From Thermoanaerobaculia bacterium (GTDB lineage: Bacteria; Acidobacteriota; Thermoanaerobaculia; Gp7-AA8), in assembly GCA_036261885.1 (NCBI GenBank), contig DATAJY010000017.1:226581-290580 (forward strand): a stretch of 64,000 bases of DNA, in the 5' to 3' direction. A program made the position numbers and the translations under genes. Below the pieces are notes generated by a model, which saw only the letters and a list, made by a program, of their open reading frames with translations, searched no databases and had not been told where the DNA came from. Below, piece by piece: positions 9,558 through 20,113 of this stretch. Within the stretch, counting starts at the first letter, position 1. Every line of letters starts with the position of its first letter.

Positions 9558-9624
9558 GCCGAGGCAGCTGACCGAGAAGCCAAGCAAACTGAAGGGTTTG
9601 GGGAAGCGCGTTCAGAAGGAAGGC

Positions 9625-9718
9625 TGGCGGAGAGAGAGGGATTCGAACCCTCGGTAGAGCTTTAAGGCCCTACGGCGGTTTAGCAAACCGCTGGTTTCAG
9701 CCACTCACCCATCTCTCC
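9625..9718 (-). tRNA. tRNA-Ser(GCT)
   Basis: GGAGAGATGGGTGAGTGG...GCGGT TT GCT AA ACCGC, long variable arm, GGTTCGAATCC...CCA. Confidence 0.95.
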
Positions 9719-9852
9719 GGCCGAACGCGAGATGGTAAAGGGTTTCCGAGTGAGGATCAATTCCCCGTGGCTCTTCTTTTCGGGGGGATCCGTGCTGACG
9801 CACGGGATGACACGCGGGGTTTTTACGATGCCGGTGCAGTTCACGCGGCCGT

Positions 9853-9942
9853 TGGCGGAGGAGGTGGGATTCGAACCCACGGTACCCGTGAGGGTACGGC
9901 GGTTTTCAAGACCGCTGCCTTAAACCACTCGACCACTCCTCC
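9853..9942 (-). tRNA. tRNA-Ser(TGA)
   Basis: GGAGGAGTGGTCGAGTGG...GCGGT CT TGA AA ACCGC...GGTTCGAATCC...CCA. Confidence 0.95.
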
Positions 9943-9960
9943 GTGAGGGGCACAACACAA

Positions 9961-11145
9961 CTAAATGAGATTCACATCCAGCGTGATTTTCAGCCGCAGC
10001 CGTTTGTGCTGGCGCAACTCGTCCATCGTCAGGTTGAGCGGGATGTTCACTTCCTTCACCAGTCCGTCCGTGCTGCGGCGTTCCGGTGAGGTGGACGGCA
10101 GGTTCGCGGATGCCGCGGGTGCGCCGCTGCCGAGAACCGGGAGCGAATCGAGGATCCCCGCGGGGAGCGGGATCTCGATCGAGGTGGTCGGCACTTCGAT
10201 CGGTTCGTTCGATTTCGAGGGGCTGAAGTACTCGCTCACGTCGTCGAACGGATTCTGCAGCGTGACCGGCGCCGGTGTCTGTCCGACCAGCTCCGTCGCC
10301 ACGAGCGGAATGCTTTCATCCGCGGCATCATCGAGCTCGAACTCGTCATCCGTCACCGTGCTCAGAGGAATCGCCGTGCGGGCGGGAGCCGCGACCGCGG
10401 CGGCGGGAGCGGGTGCCGGCTTCGCCGCCGGCGCGGGTGGTGCGGACGAGAAGGGATCATCGTCGTCGTCCCAGAGCGAATCGCTCGCCGCGGACGAAGG
10501 CTGCGATGGGGCGTTGAGAATCTGGATCTCGCGATCGAGCGGCTCGGAGCCTTCGAGCCCGTACTTTTTCACGAGGTGGGCGAGCACGAGCTGCGTGATG
10601 CCTTTGAGCGTTTCCTCGACGCCGAGGCCGGTCGTGGCGACCGAATCGAACGTCGGAACTTTCTGCTTGTTGATCTCCGCGTCGATCTCGCTCGTCGGCA
10701 GCGCGTTCGGCAGATCGCGCTTGTTGTACTGAAGCACGAGAGGCATGTCCTTGATGCGGATGCCCTGGCGTTTCAGGTTGTCTTCGAGGTTCTGCATCGA
10801 CTCGTGATTGGCGTCGAGCGCGAAGTCCTGCGAGTCGGCCACGAAGACGATGCCGTCGGCTCCTTTGAGCACGAGCTGGCGTGTCGAGTTGTAGTAGACC
10901 TGTCCCGGAACGGTGTAGAGCTGCAGCTTCGTGCGCATGCCGCGGATCTTGCCGAGGTCCAGCGGAAGGAAGTCGAAGAACAGCGTGCGGTCGGTCTTCG
11001 TCGCGAGCGAGAGCATCTTGCTCTTGTTGTTCGACGGCAGCGAGTCATAGACGAACTGCAGGTTCGTCGTTTTGCCGCAGAGGCCCGGCCCGTAATACAC
11101 GATCTTGGCCGTGATCTCTTTCGTGGCGTAGTTGAAGAGGACCAT
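9961..11145 (-). CDS. mglA: MglA-family small GTPase with a long acidic/Pro-Ala C-terminal extension
   Basis: KIVYYGPGLCGKTTNL, DRTLFFDFLPL, YTVPGQVYY, FVADSQ, YNKRDLP. Confidence 0.85.
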   Translation of the reverse strand: MVLFNYATKEITAKIVYYGPGLCGKTTNLQFVYDSLPSNNKSKMLSLATKTDRTLFFDFLPLDLGKIRGMRTKLQLYTVPGQVYYNSTRQLVLKGADGIVFVADSQDFALDANHESMQNLEDNLKRQGIRIKDMPLVLQYNKRDLPNALPTSEIDAEINKQKVPTFDSVATTGLGVEETLKGITQLVLAHLVKKYGLEGSEPLDREIQILNAPSQPSSAASDSLWDDDDDPFSSAPPAPAAKPAPAPAAAVAAPARTAIPLSTVTDDEFELDDAADESIPLVATELVGQTPAPVTLQNPFDDVSEYFSPSKSNEPIEVPTTSIEIPLPAGILDSLPVLGSGAPAASANLPSTSPERRSTDGLVKEVNIPLNLTMDELRQHKRLRLKITLDVNLI

Positions 11146-11202
11146 CGGATCTCCGAGGCGATGAGGGTAGTCGAATTCGGCAAGTGCGGCAATTGGTTCG
11201 CA

Positions 11203-11320
11203 GGAGTCGGTTGTCGGTTGTCGGGAGTCGGGGGGCCACCACCCAACCACGTTCCGATCAGCGAAACGGTGGGATGGGTGGTGGTCTCCCGACAACCGAC
11301 TCCCGACAACCGACTCCCGC
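11203..11320. repeat. Palindromic intergenic element with heptamer-repeat arms (copy 1)
   Basis: (GAGTCGG/TTGTCGG)n...CCACCACCC..CCACGTTCCGA...GGGTGGTGG...(CCGACAA/CCGACTC)n; second copy at 46555-46665. Confidence 0.8.
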
Positions 11321-11359
11321 TTTTGCCGCTATCATCGCGCGCCATCTGGAGGGTCACGC

Positions 11360-12916
11360 ATGATACTGAGGCGATCCGTCGCCATTGTTTTGCTCTTCCT
11401 CGCCGCACCGCTCCTCTTTGCTGATGCACCCGGCGTCTACGCCATCACCGGAGGCACCGTTCATCCGGTCTCCGGTCCCGACATCCCGAACGGCACCGTG
11501 GTCATACGCAACGGTCTGATCGAATCGGTCGGCTCCGGCGTTTCCATCCCCAGCGACGCCACGGTCATCGACGTCAAAGGAGCACACATCTATCCTGGGC
11601 TCATCGACGCGCAGACGTTCCTCGGCTTCACCACGCCGAAGCGCGGCGACAAGAGCGCGGAGCCGACGCCCGATGCGCTCGCGGTCCGCAACGCGAAGAT
11701 CTCCGATGACGATGCGAGCGCCGGCCGCAATCTCGGCGTGACCACCGTCCTCACCGCGCCGACGTCCGGCATCTTCAACGGCCAGTCCGCGATCATCAAT
11801 CTCGGCAGCGGCCCGATCGAATCGCGCGTCATCAAAAGCCCGGCCTCGACGCAGATCGCGTTCAACACGCGCCCGACGTGGACCTATCCGGACAGCCTGA
11901 TGGGCGTCATGTCGTACATCCGTCAGGAGCTGATGGATGCGCAGCAGCATCAGGCCGCGCGCTCGCTCTACGAGCGCAGCCCCGCCGGCCTGCGCAGACC
12001 GGCCGATGATGCGCAGCTCGAAGCGCTGCAGCCCGCGCTCACGCGACAGCTGCCGGTCGTCTTCGTCGCCGACTCCGCATCGATGATCCGCCGCGCGCAG
12101 ACGCTGGCGAAGGAGTTCAACCTCAAGCTGATCATCGCCGGCGCGCGTCAGGCGTATCAGATGCCCGACGAATTGAAAGGTGTTCCGCTGCTCGTCTCCG
12201 TGAAGTGGGACACCGCGCCGACCGACAAGGAAGATCGCGAGGATCAGCCGCTGCGCGTGATCCGCGATCGGCAGCTGCAGCCGACCACGCCGTCGGTGCT
12301 CGCGAAAGCGGGGGTCGAGTTCGCGCTCGTCAGCAGTCCGGGCAAGGCAGGCGATTACTTCGGCGGCATCCGCAAGGCCATCGAAAACGGGCTGACCGCG
12401 GAGCAGGCGCTGCGCGCGACCACGCTCGCGCCGGCGCGCATCTTCGGCATCGAGCGCCAGCTCGGCTCACTCGAGCGCGGCAAGATCGCGAACGTCATCG
12501 TCAGCGACAAACCGATCTTCGAGAAAGCATCGAAGGTCACGCGCGTCTTCATCGACGGGCGCGAAATGCATCTGCCGGCCGAGGAGAAGAAAGCCGCGGC
12601 GACGGCGGCCGCGCCGATCGACGGCACGTGGGCGCTCACCGTGCGCGCACCGCAGGGCAACGTCTCGATGTCGGTCACGCTCAAAGCCTCCGATGGCAAG
12701 CTCGCCGGCACGTTCAGCGGCGATCGCGGCAGCGGCGAGATCCGCGGCGGCTCGATCGACGGCACCGCGTTCGAGTTCACGATCTCCGCGAACGCGCAGA
12801 ACGAAGCCGAGGCCACCGACTGGCTCTTCAAAGGCACGCTGGCGGAGTCGAACATGACCGGCACAGTCAGTACGACCCTCGGCACATTCGAATTCAGCGG
12901 GAGCAAGTCCGAATGA
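11360..12916 (+). CDS. Secreted amidohydrolase-family protein (metal motif degenerate) with a C-terminal beta domain
   Basis: Signal peptide; PGLIDAQT in place of HxH; [11 protein letters not shown]. Confidence 0.8.
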   Translation: MILRRSVAIVLLFLAAPLLFADAPGVYAITGGTVHPVSGPDIPNGTVVIRNGLIESVGSGVSIPSDATVIDVKGAHIYPGLIDAQTFLGFTTPKRGDKSAEPTPDALAVRNAKISDDDASAGRNLGVTTVLTAPTSGIFNGQSAIINLGSGPIESRVIKSPASTQIAFNTRPTWTYPDSLMGVMSYIRQELMDAQQHQAARSLYERSPAGLRRPADDAQLEALQPALTRQLPVVFVADSASMIRRAQTLAKEFNLKLIIAGARQAYQMPDELKGVPLLVSVKWDTAPTDKEDREDQPLRVIRDRQLQPTTPSVLAKAGVEFALVSSPGKAGDYFGGIRKAIENGLTAEQALRATTLAPARIFGIERQLGSLERGKIANVIVSDKPIFEKASKVTRVFIDGREMHLPAEEKKAAATAAAPIDGTWALTVRAPQGNVSMSVTLKASDGKLAGTFSGDRGSGEIRGGSIDGTAFEFTISANAQNEAEATDWLFKGTLAESNMTGTVSTTLGTFEFSGSKSE

Positions 12917-14244
12917 AGAAGATCCTCTTTGCACTCGCTCTGACGATGACTCTGCACGCGCAGGAGCGCGTGACTCTGATTCGCAACGCCACGCTGCTCA
13001 CGATCACGAACGGCACGATCGAGAACGGCTCGGTGCTCATTCGCAACGGAAAGATCGCGGCCGTCGGGAAAGACATCGCCGCGCCCGCGGGAGCGAACGT
13101 CATCGACGCCACCGGCAAGTACGTGACGCCCGGCATCATCGACACGCACAGCCACACCGCGGTCGAAGGGAGCGTCAACGAGATCTCGCTGCCGAACACC
13201 GGCATGGTGCGCATCGGCGACGCGATCGATACCACCGACATCTCCGTCTATCGCCAGCTCGCCGGCGGCACGACCATGGCGCTCGTGCTGCACGGATCCG
13301 CGAACGCGATCGGCGGCCAGAGCCAGATCCTGAAATGGAAATGGGGACGGCCGCTCGGCGAATGGTTCATCCCCGATGCGCCGCGCACGATCAAATTCGC
13401 ACTCGGCGAGAATCCGAAGTCCGCGAACTTCCGTCCGCCCGCGGGGCAGGAACGCCAGTACCCCGCGACGCGGATGGGCGTCGAGGAGGTGATCCGCAAG
13501 TCATTCAACGACGCGCGCGATTACCTCGCCGCGTGGGACGAGTACAACGCCAGGGTCAAACGGAAAGAGACCGCCATTCCGCCGCGCCGCGATCTCCTCA
13601 TGGAGACGATGGCCGACATTCTCAACGGCAGGATCGACGTGCACGCGCACTCGTACCGCTCCGATGAGATCGTGATGCTCCTGAACCTGGCCGACGAGCA
13701 AGGCTTCAAGGTGCGCGAGCTGCAGCACGTGCTCGAGGGCTACAAGGTGGCGAAGGAGATCGCGCGTCACGGTGCCGCCGCCGGCACGTTCATCGACTGG
13801 TGGGGCTACAAGGCGGAGGCGTACGACGCGATTCCGTACAACATCGCGCTGATGACGCGGAACAACGTCGTCGTCTCGGTGAACTCCGATTCCGACGAGC
13901 TCGCGCGGCACCTCAATCTCGACGCCGCGAAAGCGATGAAGTACGGCGCGCTCACCGAGGAGGAAGCGCTGAAGCTCTGCACGCTCAATCCGGCGAAGCA
14001 GCTTCGTCTCGATCATCGCCTCGGCTCGATCGAAACCGGCAAGGACGCCGATCTCGTGATCTGGAGCGGCCATCCGTTCTCCACCTACACGCGCGCCGAG
14101 ACGACCATGATCGAAGGGACCGTCTACTTCGATCGCGCGCAGGATCTGTTGCGCCGCGAAGAGCTGCGCAAGGAAAAGGAGCAGCGCCTGAAGAAGGAAG
14201 AAGACGACGCGAATGCGGCGAAGAAGGAGAAGAAGGATGCGTAG
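12913..14244 (+). CDS. Secreted amidohydrolase (imidazolonepropionase-like), metal motif intact
   Basis: ATGA overlap with the upstream gene; [37 protein letters not shown]. Confidence 0.85.
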   Translation: MKKILFALALTMTLHAQERVTLIRNATLLTITNGTIENGSVLIRNGKIAAVGKDIAAPAGANVIDATGKYVTPGIIDTHSHTAVEGSVNEISLPNTGMVRIGDAIDTTDISVYRQLAGGTTMALVLHGSANAIGGQSQILKWKWGRPLGEWFIPDAPRTIKFALGENPKSANFRPPAGQERQYPATRMGVEEVIRKSFNDARDYLAAWDEYNARVKRKETAIPPRRDLLMETMADILNGRIDVHAHSYRSDEIVMLLNLADEQGFKVRELQHVLEGYKVAKEIARHGAAAGTFIDWWGYKAEAYDAIPYNIALMTRNNVVVSVNSDSDELARHLNLDAAKAMKYGALTEEEALKLCTLNPAKQLRLDHRLGSIETGKDADLVIWSGHPFSTYTRAETTMIEGTVYFDRAQDLLRREELRKEKEQRLKKEEDDANAAKKEKKDA

Positions 14245-15541
14245 CGCAATCGCCGCCGCACTGCTCTTGACGACGAGCCTCTTCGCGCAGTCGACCATCC
14301 CGAACAATCCGGGAAAGAAGCCGAAGATCGCCATCCGCAACGTGACCATCGTGCCGGTGACGTCGCCGGCGATCGCCAAAGGCAACATCGTCTTCGAGAA
14401 CGGCATCATCACCGCCGTCGGTCCGAACATCACCATTCCGAACGACGCGGCGGTCATCGACGGCACCGGTCTCTTCGTCTATCCCGGCATGATCGATTCG
14501 GGCACGAACATCGGTCTCGTCGAGATCGACTCCGTGCCCGGCACGGTCGACACCGCGGAGCTCGGGGACATCAATCCGAACGCGCGCGCGGCGGTGGCGA
14601 TCAATCCGCACTCGGAGGTCGTGCCGGTCACGCGTGTGAACGGCGTGACGAACGCGATCACGATTCCGGAAGGCGGCATCATCTCCGGGCAGAGCGCGCT
14701 CATTCAGCTGTCCGGCTGGACGCCGCCGGAGATGGTCCTCAAGCCGTCGGTGGCGATGCACATCCGCTTTCCGCGACTGCGCGGCTTCCCGCTCGCGGGC
14801 GTGCCGCAGGACGAAGAGGCGGAGAAGGAAGCGAAGAAGGGCTACACCAGGGCGATCGATCAACTGCGCAACACGATGCGCGACGCGCAGGCGTATGCGA
14901 AGGCGCTCTCGGCGCGCAACAGCGACAAGAACGTGCAGCGCTTCGATCGCGATCCGATTCTCGAAGCGCTCGTGCCGGTGGTCGAAGGACGCACGCCGGT
15001 GGTGCTGCACGCGAATCAGGCCCGCGACATCAAGGCGGCCTTGCAGTTCGCCGACGAGTTCAAGCTGAAGGCGATTCTCAGCGGCGCGAACGACGTCGCG
15101 CGCGTCATCGACGAAGTGAAGAAGCGCAACGTGCCGGTGATTCTCGGGCCGATCCTCGCGCTTCCGCAGCGCGAAGACGATGCGTACGACGTGCTCTTCA
15201 CGAATGCGAAGACGCTCTACGACAACCAGATCCCGTTTGCCTTCCAGACCAGCGACGCCCACAACGCCCGCAATCTTCCGTATCACGCGGCGGCATCGGC
15301 GGCGTACGGTCTGCCGAAGGAAGAAGCGCTGAAAGCGGTCACGATCTACCCCGCGCAAATCTGGGGCGTCGCCGACCGCCTCGGCTCGATCGAAACCGGC
15401 AAGAGCGCGACGCTCATTCTCACGGACGGCGATCCGCTCGAGATCCGCACCAACGTGAAACGCGTCTACATCGGCGGCGAAGAAATCTCGATGGATTCAC
15501 GCCATACCCTGCTGTACGAGAAGTTCCGGCAACGCCAGTAA
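14237..15541 (+). CDS. Secreted amidohydrolase-family protein (metal motif degenerate)
   Basis: Signal peptide; YPGMIDSGT without HxH; [11 protein letters not shown]. Confidence 0.8.
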   Translation: MRSAIAAALLLTTSLFAQSTIPNNPGKKPKIAIRNVTIVPVTSPAIAKGNIVFENGIITAVGPNITIPNDAAVIDGTGLFVYPGMIDSGTNIGLVEIDSVPGTVDTAELGDINPNARAAVAINPHSEVVPVTRVNGVTNAITIPEGGIISGQSALIQLSGWTPPEMVLKPSVAMHIRFPRLRGFPLAGVPQDEEAEKEAKKGYTRAIDQLRNTMRDAQAYAKALSARNSDKNVQRFDRDPILEALVPVVEGRTPVVLHANQARDIKAALQFADEFKLKAILSGANDVARVIDEVKKRNVPVILGPILALPQREDDAYDVLFTNAKTLYDNQIPFAFQTSDAHNARNLPYHAAASAAYGLPKEEALKAVTIYPAQIWGVADRLGSIETGKSATLILTDGDPLEIRTNVKRVYIGGEEISMDSRHTLLYEKFRQRQ

Positions 15542-15556
15542 CGAAGCAACGCAGGA

Positions 15557-15656
15557 ACGTAGCGCCGGTATCCTTGCCGGCCGGACCGCCGGCATCGTGC
15601 CGGCGTCATGCGGGCTGGAAGCCCGCGCTCCGGCCGGCTGGAAGCCGGCGCTACGT
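15557..15656. repeat. REP-like inverted repeat element
   Basis: ACGTAGCGCCGG...CCGGCGCTACGT terminal inverted repeat containing GTAG, with internal GCTGGAAGCC hairpins. Confidence 0.65.
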
Positions 15657-15714
15657 GTTTGTTTGACGGGTGATCGTTGCTGCTATCATCCGCGTCCCTG
15701 TTCTTTCGCAATTG

Positions 15715-15872
15715 ACGTCTGACGTGGTGCACGGGAAGCCGGTGTGATGCCGGCGCGGCCCCCGCCACTGTAATCGGCGACGACTCACGGTTCGGCCAGG
15801 GATGGCCCCCACTGCGTACAGCGGGAAGGGAACGTGAGAAGGATGACCCGGAAGCCAGGAGACCGGCCAGGT
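15715..15872 (+). promoter_or_regulatory. Cobalamin (B12) riboswitch
   Basis: GGGAAGCCGGTG..CCGG..CGGCCCCCGCCACTGTAA...CCACTG...GGGAAGG...AGCCAGGAGACCGGCC directly upstream of a TonB receptor; boundaries approximate. Confidence 0.9.
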
Positions 15873-15913
15873 CGGACGAACCGCATGTGAGACCTTCGGA
15901 GGGAAGTGTCGTC

Positions 15914-17731
15914 ATGAAGTCGTTCGTCCTTTTTTTCTCCCTATCCCTTTCTCTTTTTCCTTTGACCGCGCAGCAGAACGCCGCGCCGGTGCAGGAGACG
16001 ATCGTCGTCACCGCATCCGCGCAACCGGAGAGCGTCGAAGAGACGCCCGCCACGGTCACGGTGATCACGCGCGAAGAGATCGAAGCGCGCGGCGCGCGTG
16101 ACGTGGCCGACGTGCTGCGCGAAGTGCCGGGGCTGGCGATCTCGCGCACCGGCTCGCCCGGAAAATCGACCTCGCTCTTCATCCGCGGCGGCAGCTCCAA
16201 GCAGGCGCTCGTGCTGTGGAACGGCGTGGAGATGAACAATCCGTATTTCTCGGGCTACAACTTCGGACAGCTCTCGACGTCCGGCGTCGAGCGCGTCGAG
16301 ATCGTGCGCGGTCCGTTCTCCGCGTTGTACGGTTCGGAAGCGGTCAGCGGCGTGGTGCAGGTGCTCACCGAACCGCGCGTCAGCGGTGGGACTGTCGATG
16401 TGCAGCTCGGCGAGAACGGTCTTCTCAACGGCTCGCTGGCCGGCGCGTACGTGGCCGATCGATTCGTGGCGCACGGCGGCGTCGAGCGTCGTGAAGACGA
16501 CGGCTTCTTCGCGAACGACGATTCGCAGTCGGATTCCTTCTCCGCCGGCGCGACCTGGAAGCCGCGCGCCGCACTTTCCCTCGGCCTGCTCGCCCGGCAC
16601 AGTTCCTACGAGCTCGGCATCCCGTTCAGCCCGAACGGTTCGTACGACGCGTTCGTCGCCTCGCCGCTGCGCCGCGAAGAAGGATCGGAGACGCAGCTGG
16701 TCGCGCCGATCCGTTACGAATCGAATGGGACCGCATACGAATTGCGCCTCTCGGAAGCGCGTCGCGATGAAACGTTCCGCGATCCGGACGGCTCGGGCGA
16801 CAGCGACACGGAATCGACGATTCGCGGTGCGCGCGCCTCGGCGCGCTTCAAGACCGGGTTCGGCACGATCACCGGCGGCGGCGAATACGAGCGCGCCGAG
16901 GTCGATCATCTGAGCGCGTTCTCAGTCATCGATCAGCGCGATCGCACCAACAAGTCGCTCTTCGTCGAAGACCGCCTCTCCTTCGCGCGGAGCGCCACCT
17001 CGTCGATCGAAGTGACCGCCGGTCTGCGTTACGACGACTTCGACTCATTTGGCGGCGAGACCACCCCGCGCATCGCCGCCGCGTATCTCAACAACGGCCA
17101 CAAGTTCCGCGCCGCGTACGGCGCCGGATTTCGCGCGCCCGCCATCGGCGAGCTCTATTCACCGTACTTCGGCAACGCCGCTCTCGATGCGGAGCGGAGC
17201 ACGAATTACGAGATCGGCTACGAGCGCTTCACGACGAACGGCAGCGCGTCGGTCACGCTCTTTCATTCGGACTACGACGAGCTGATCGCCTTCGGCGCGG
17301 CGACGTTCGAGAACATCGCTGCCGCGAATGCGACCGGCGTCGAGCTCGGCGCCTCGCATCGTTTCGGCGCATTCGATGTGCTCGCGAGCTACACATGGCT
17401 CGATACCGAAGACGAGGCCACGGGCGAGCGGCTGCTGCGGCGCCCGGAGCATTCGGGATCGATCGCATTCGGCTATCACCACGGCGCGTACGACGCGCAA
17501 TTCGTCGTGACGCACAAGGGCGAGCGCGATGACGTGACCGATCTCTTCCCGTTCGGCACCGTGCTCAACGAGGCCAACACCACCGCCGACTTCACCGTGC
17601 ACTACAGGATGGGATCGCTCTCGCCGTACCTGAAAGTCGAGAACCTCACCGACGAGTCGTACGAAGAGGTGTACGGCTACGCATCGGCGCCGCGCCGCGC
17701 GCTCATCGGCATTCGTTTCGAGGTGAGGTGA
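15914..17731 (+). CDS. btuB: TonB-dependent receptor, probably vitamin B12 (BtuB-like)
   Basis: ETIVVTA TonB box; plug FIRGG..., ERVEIVRGPFSALYGSEA; LRRP; ENLTDESYE; B12 riboswitch upstream. Confidence 0.85.
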   Translation: MKSFVLFFSLSLSLFPLTAQQNAAPVQETIVVTASAQPESVEETPATVTVITREEIEARGARDVADVLREVPGLAISRTGSPGKSTSLFIRGGSSKQALVLWNGVEMNNPYFSGYNFGQLSTSGVERVEIVRGPFSALYGSEAVSGVVQVLTEPRVSGGTVDVQLGENGLLNGSLAGAYVADRFVAHGGVERREDDGFFANDDSQSDSFSAGATWKPRAALSLGLLARHSSYELGIPFSPNGSYDAFVASPLRREEGSETQLVAPIRYESNGTAYELRLSEARRDETFRDPDGSGDSDTESTIRGARASARFKTGFGTITGGGEYERAEVDHLSAFSVIDQRDRTNKSLFVEDRLSFARSATSSIEVTAGLRYDDFDSFGGETTPRIAAAYLNNGHKFRAAYGAGFRAPAIGELYSPYFGNAALDAERSTNYEIGYERFTTNGSASVTLFHSDYDELIAFGAATFENIAAANATGVELGASHRFGAFDVLASYTWLDTEDEATGERLLRRPEHSGSIAFGYHHGAYDAQFVVTHKGERDDVTDLFPFGTVLNEANTTADFTVHYRMGSLSPYLKVENLTDESYEEVYGYASAPRRALIGIRFEVR

Positions 17732-17783
17732 ACCATCTTCTTCGGCGCCTTCGTTTTTGCGGAGCGCCGCTTTCATCTGCATC

Positions 17784-18464
17784 GTGAAAACTCTGCTCTC
17801 CTGGAGTAGCGGCAAAGACTCCGCGTGGTCGCTGCATCGCATGCAATCCGACGATCGACATGAGGTCGTCGGATTGCTCACCACGGTGAATCGCAATGCC
17901 GACCGCGTGGCCATGCACGCCGTCCGTTCCGAACTGCTGCGCCGTCAGGCGGAAGCCGCGGGTCTGCCGTTGTGGATCGTGCCAATCCCGAGTCCCTGCT
18001 CGAACGAAGAGTACGAGCGGGTGATGGGCGATGCCGTCCGCCACGCCGAAGCGGAAGGGATCGAGTGCATCGCCTTCGGCGATCTCTTTCTCGAAGAGAT
18101 CCGCGCGTATCGCGAAGAGAAGCTCGCGCCGACGAAGATCCGTCCGCACTTTCCGCTGTGGGGCAGCGACACAAGAACGCTCGCACGCGAGATGATCGAG
18201 GGCGGTCTGCGCGCGCGCATCACCTGCGTCGATCCGCGTGTGCTCGACGCCTCCTTCGCCGGACGTGAATTCGATGCGGCGTTGCTCGATGCTTTGCCGG
18301 CGACGATCGATCCCTGCGGCGAGCGAGGAGAGTTCCACACGTTCGCCCACGAGGGACCGATGTTCCGCGAGCGCATCGCCATCGAATCGGGAGTGATCGT
18401 CGAGCGGGACGGCTTCGTCTTCGCCGATCTGCTGCCATCCCGAGCTACGCTCGGGGTGACATGA
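17784..18464 (+). CDS. Dph6/MJ0570-like PP-loop ATPase
   Basis: LSWSSGKDS, FGDLFLE, DPCGERGEFHTF. Confidence 0.85.
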   Translation: MKTLLSWSSGKDSAWSLHRMQSDDRHEVVGLLTTVNRNADRVAMHAVRSELLRRQAEAAGLPLWIVPIPSPCSNEEYERVMGDAVRHAEAEGIECIAFGDLFLEEIRAYREEKLAPTKIRPHFPLWGSDTRTLAREMIEGGLRARITCVDPRVLDASFAGREFDAALLDALPATIDPCGERGEFHTFAHEGPMFRERIAIESGVIVERDGFVFADLLPSRATLGVT

Positions 18465-19755
18465 ATTCGTGAATCGACGAGAGCGCGCGTGAAACCTGTC
18501 GTTCGCGTTTCTCGATCTTTTTCACGCGTCCGACGACGTCTTCGATCATCGCCCACGTCACGTTGGACGGCTGATAACGATCGGGAGACGATTCGGCGAC
18601 GTGGCGGCCGAGCGAGCCGAGGGCGGTGTGATAGGGCAGGGCGTGCGCGGTGCCGGTGCGTGCGAGCTCGTCGATGTAGCGCGCCACGAGCAGACCGACG
18701 GCCGACGACTCGACGTAGCCTTCGACGCCGGTGATCTGTCCGGCGAAGAAGATGCGCTCGTCGCGCTTCGTGCGGAACGTCGGCGTCAGATGCTTCGGAC
18801 CGTTGATGAACGTGTTGCGGTGCATCGAGCCGAAGCGCGCGAACGTGGCGTTCTCCAGGCCCGGGATCATCGCCAGCACGCGTTTCTGCTCGTGCACCTT
18901 CATCTTCGTCTGGAAGCCGACCAGGTTGAAGTACTCGTCGGAGAGATCTTCCTTGCGCAGCTGCACCACCGCGTGCGGGCGCTCGTTCGTCTCCGGATGC
19001 TCGAGCCCCACCGGTTTCATCGGGCCGAAGCGCAGCGTGTCGATACCGCGGCTGGCGATCTCCTCGACCGGCAGGCAGCCTTCGAAGTGCACGGCGTTTT
19101 CGAAATCGTGCGGCGCGAAGAGCTCCGCGGAAAGCAGCGCGGCGACGAACGCCTCGTACTGCTCCTGATTCATCGCCGCGTTGAGGTAGTCGGTGGCGGA
19201 GCCTTTGCCGTAGCGCGATTTCCAGTACAGCTTCGAGAAATCGAGCGAGTCGGCGGCGATGATCGGCGCGATGGCGTCGTAGAAGTAGAGACCGTCGCGC
19301 CCGAGGAATTCGTTGATCGCGTCGAACAGCGGATCGCTCGTGAGCGGCCCCGTGGCGACGACGAGGAAATCGGCGTCACCGCGGTCGAGCGACGTCACTT
19401 CGGCGCGTGTGACGGTGATGTTCGGCTCGCTGGTGATCACACGCGTCATCGCGGCGGAGAAGCGATCGCGATCGACGGCGAATGCATCGCCGGCCGGTAC
19501 GCGCGCCTCTTCTCCCGCGGTGATGACGAGGGATCCCATGAGCCGCAGCTCCTGTTTCAGCAGGCCCACCGCATTCGTCTGCGCGGAGGAGCGGAACGAA
19601 TTCGAGCAGACCAGCTCCGCGAGGTTCGAGGTCGCGTGCGCGGGAGTCGTGCGCACCGGGCGCATCTCGAAGAGCTCGACCTGATGGCCGCGCCGCGCGA
19701 GCGCGAAGGCGCATTCACTGCCGGCCAGACCGGCGCCGATGATCCGGATCTTCAC
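18445..19755 (-). CDS. trmFO: tRNA (uracil-5-)-methyltransferase TrmFO
   Basis: IIGAGLAGSE, ELVCSNS, FEGCLP, FGPMKPVGL, AGQITGVEGYVES. Confidence 0.95.
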   Translation of the reverse strand: MKIRIIGAGLAGSECAFALARRGHQVELFEMRPVRTTPAHATSNLAELVCSNSFRSSAQTNAVGLLKQELRLMGSLVITAGEEARVPAGDAFAVDRDRFSAAMTRVITSEPNITVTRAEVTSLDRGDADFLVVATGPLTSDPLFDAINEFLGRDGLYFYDAIAPIIAADSLDFSKLYWKSRYGKGSATDYLNAAMNQEQYEAFVAALLSAELFAPHDFENAVHFEGCLPVEEIASRGIDTLRFGPMKPVGLEHPETNERPHAVVQLRKEDLSDEYFNLVGFQTKMKVHEQKRVLAMIPGLENATFARFGSMHRNTFINGPKHLTPTFRTKRDERIFFAGQITGVEGYVESSAVGLLVARYIDELARTGTAHALPYHTALGSLGRHVAESSPDRYQPSNVTWAMIEDVVGRVKKIEKRERQVSRALSSIHEFMSPRA

Positions 19756-19758
19756 GCG

Positions 19759-20064
19759 TTAGTTGGACGGCTCGTTGAGTCCGAAGGGAGCGACCGAGGA
19801 GTCGCCGCGGATCTCGCCGAATTTCTGCTCGAAGAGCGTGATGTTCTGCGCCATCGCTTCGAGGAACTGTTTGGCGTGCAGCGGCGTGAGGATCACGCGG
19901 CTGTAAATCTTCACGTCCGGACGGCCCGGAACGACGCGCCCGAGATCGATGATGAACTCGGCCTGCGAGTGAATGATGTTCGCGAAGTTGACGTACTCGC
20001 CCTGGGCGACGTTCTCGTCGATAGTGATGCGGATGGTCGGCGGCTGTTGCTGCGGATTGTCCAT
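19759..20064 (-). CDS. DUF3467 family protein
   Basis: AQGEYVNFANIIHSQAEFIIDL...SRVILTPLHAK...YE/FEQKFGEI. Confidence 0.8.
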   Translation of the reverse strand: MDNPQQQPPTIRITIDENVAQGEYVNFANIIHSQAEFIIDLGRVVPGRPDVKIYSRVILTPLHAKQFLEAMAQNITLFEQKFGEIRGDSSVAPFGLNEPSN

Positions 20065-20113
20065 TTCGGACGCGTCAACGGGGTGGCCGTGGAGGCAATT
20101 CCTCTGGCGAACG

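Noticed and set aside
9680-9923. Small ORFs over the tRNA-Ser pair
   Set aside because: They overlap clear tRNA genes.
11203-11320. Heptamer repeats as a CRISPR array
   Set aside because: Repeats are 7 nt and inverted, with no spacers and no cas genes.
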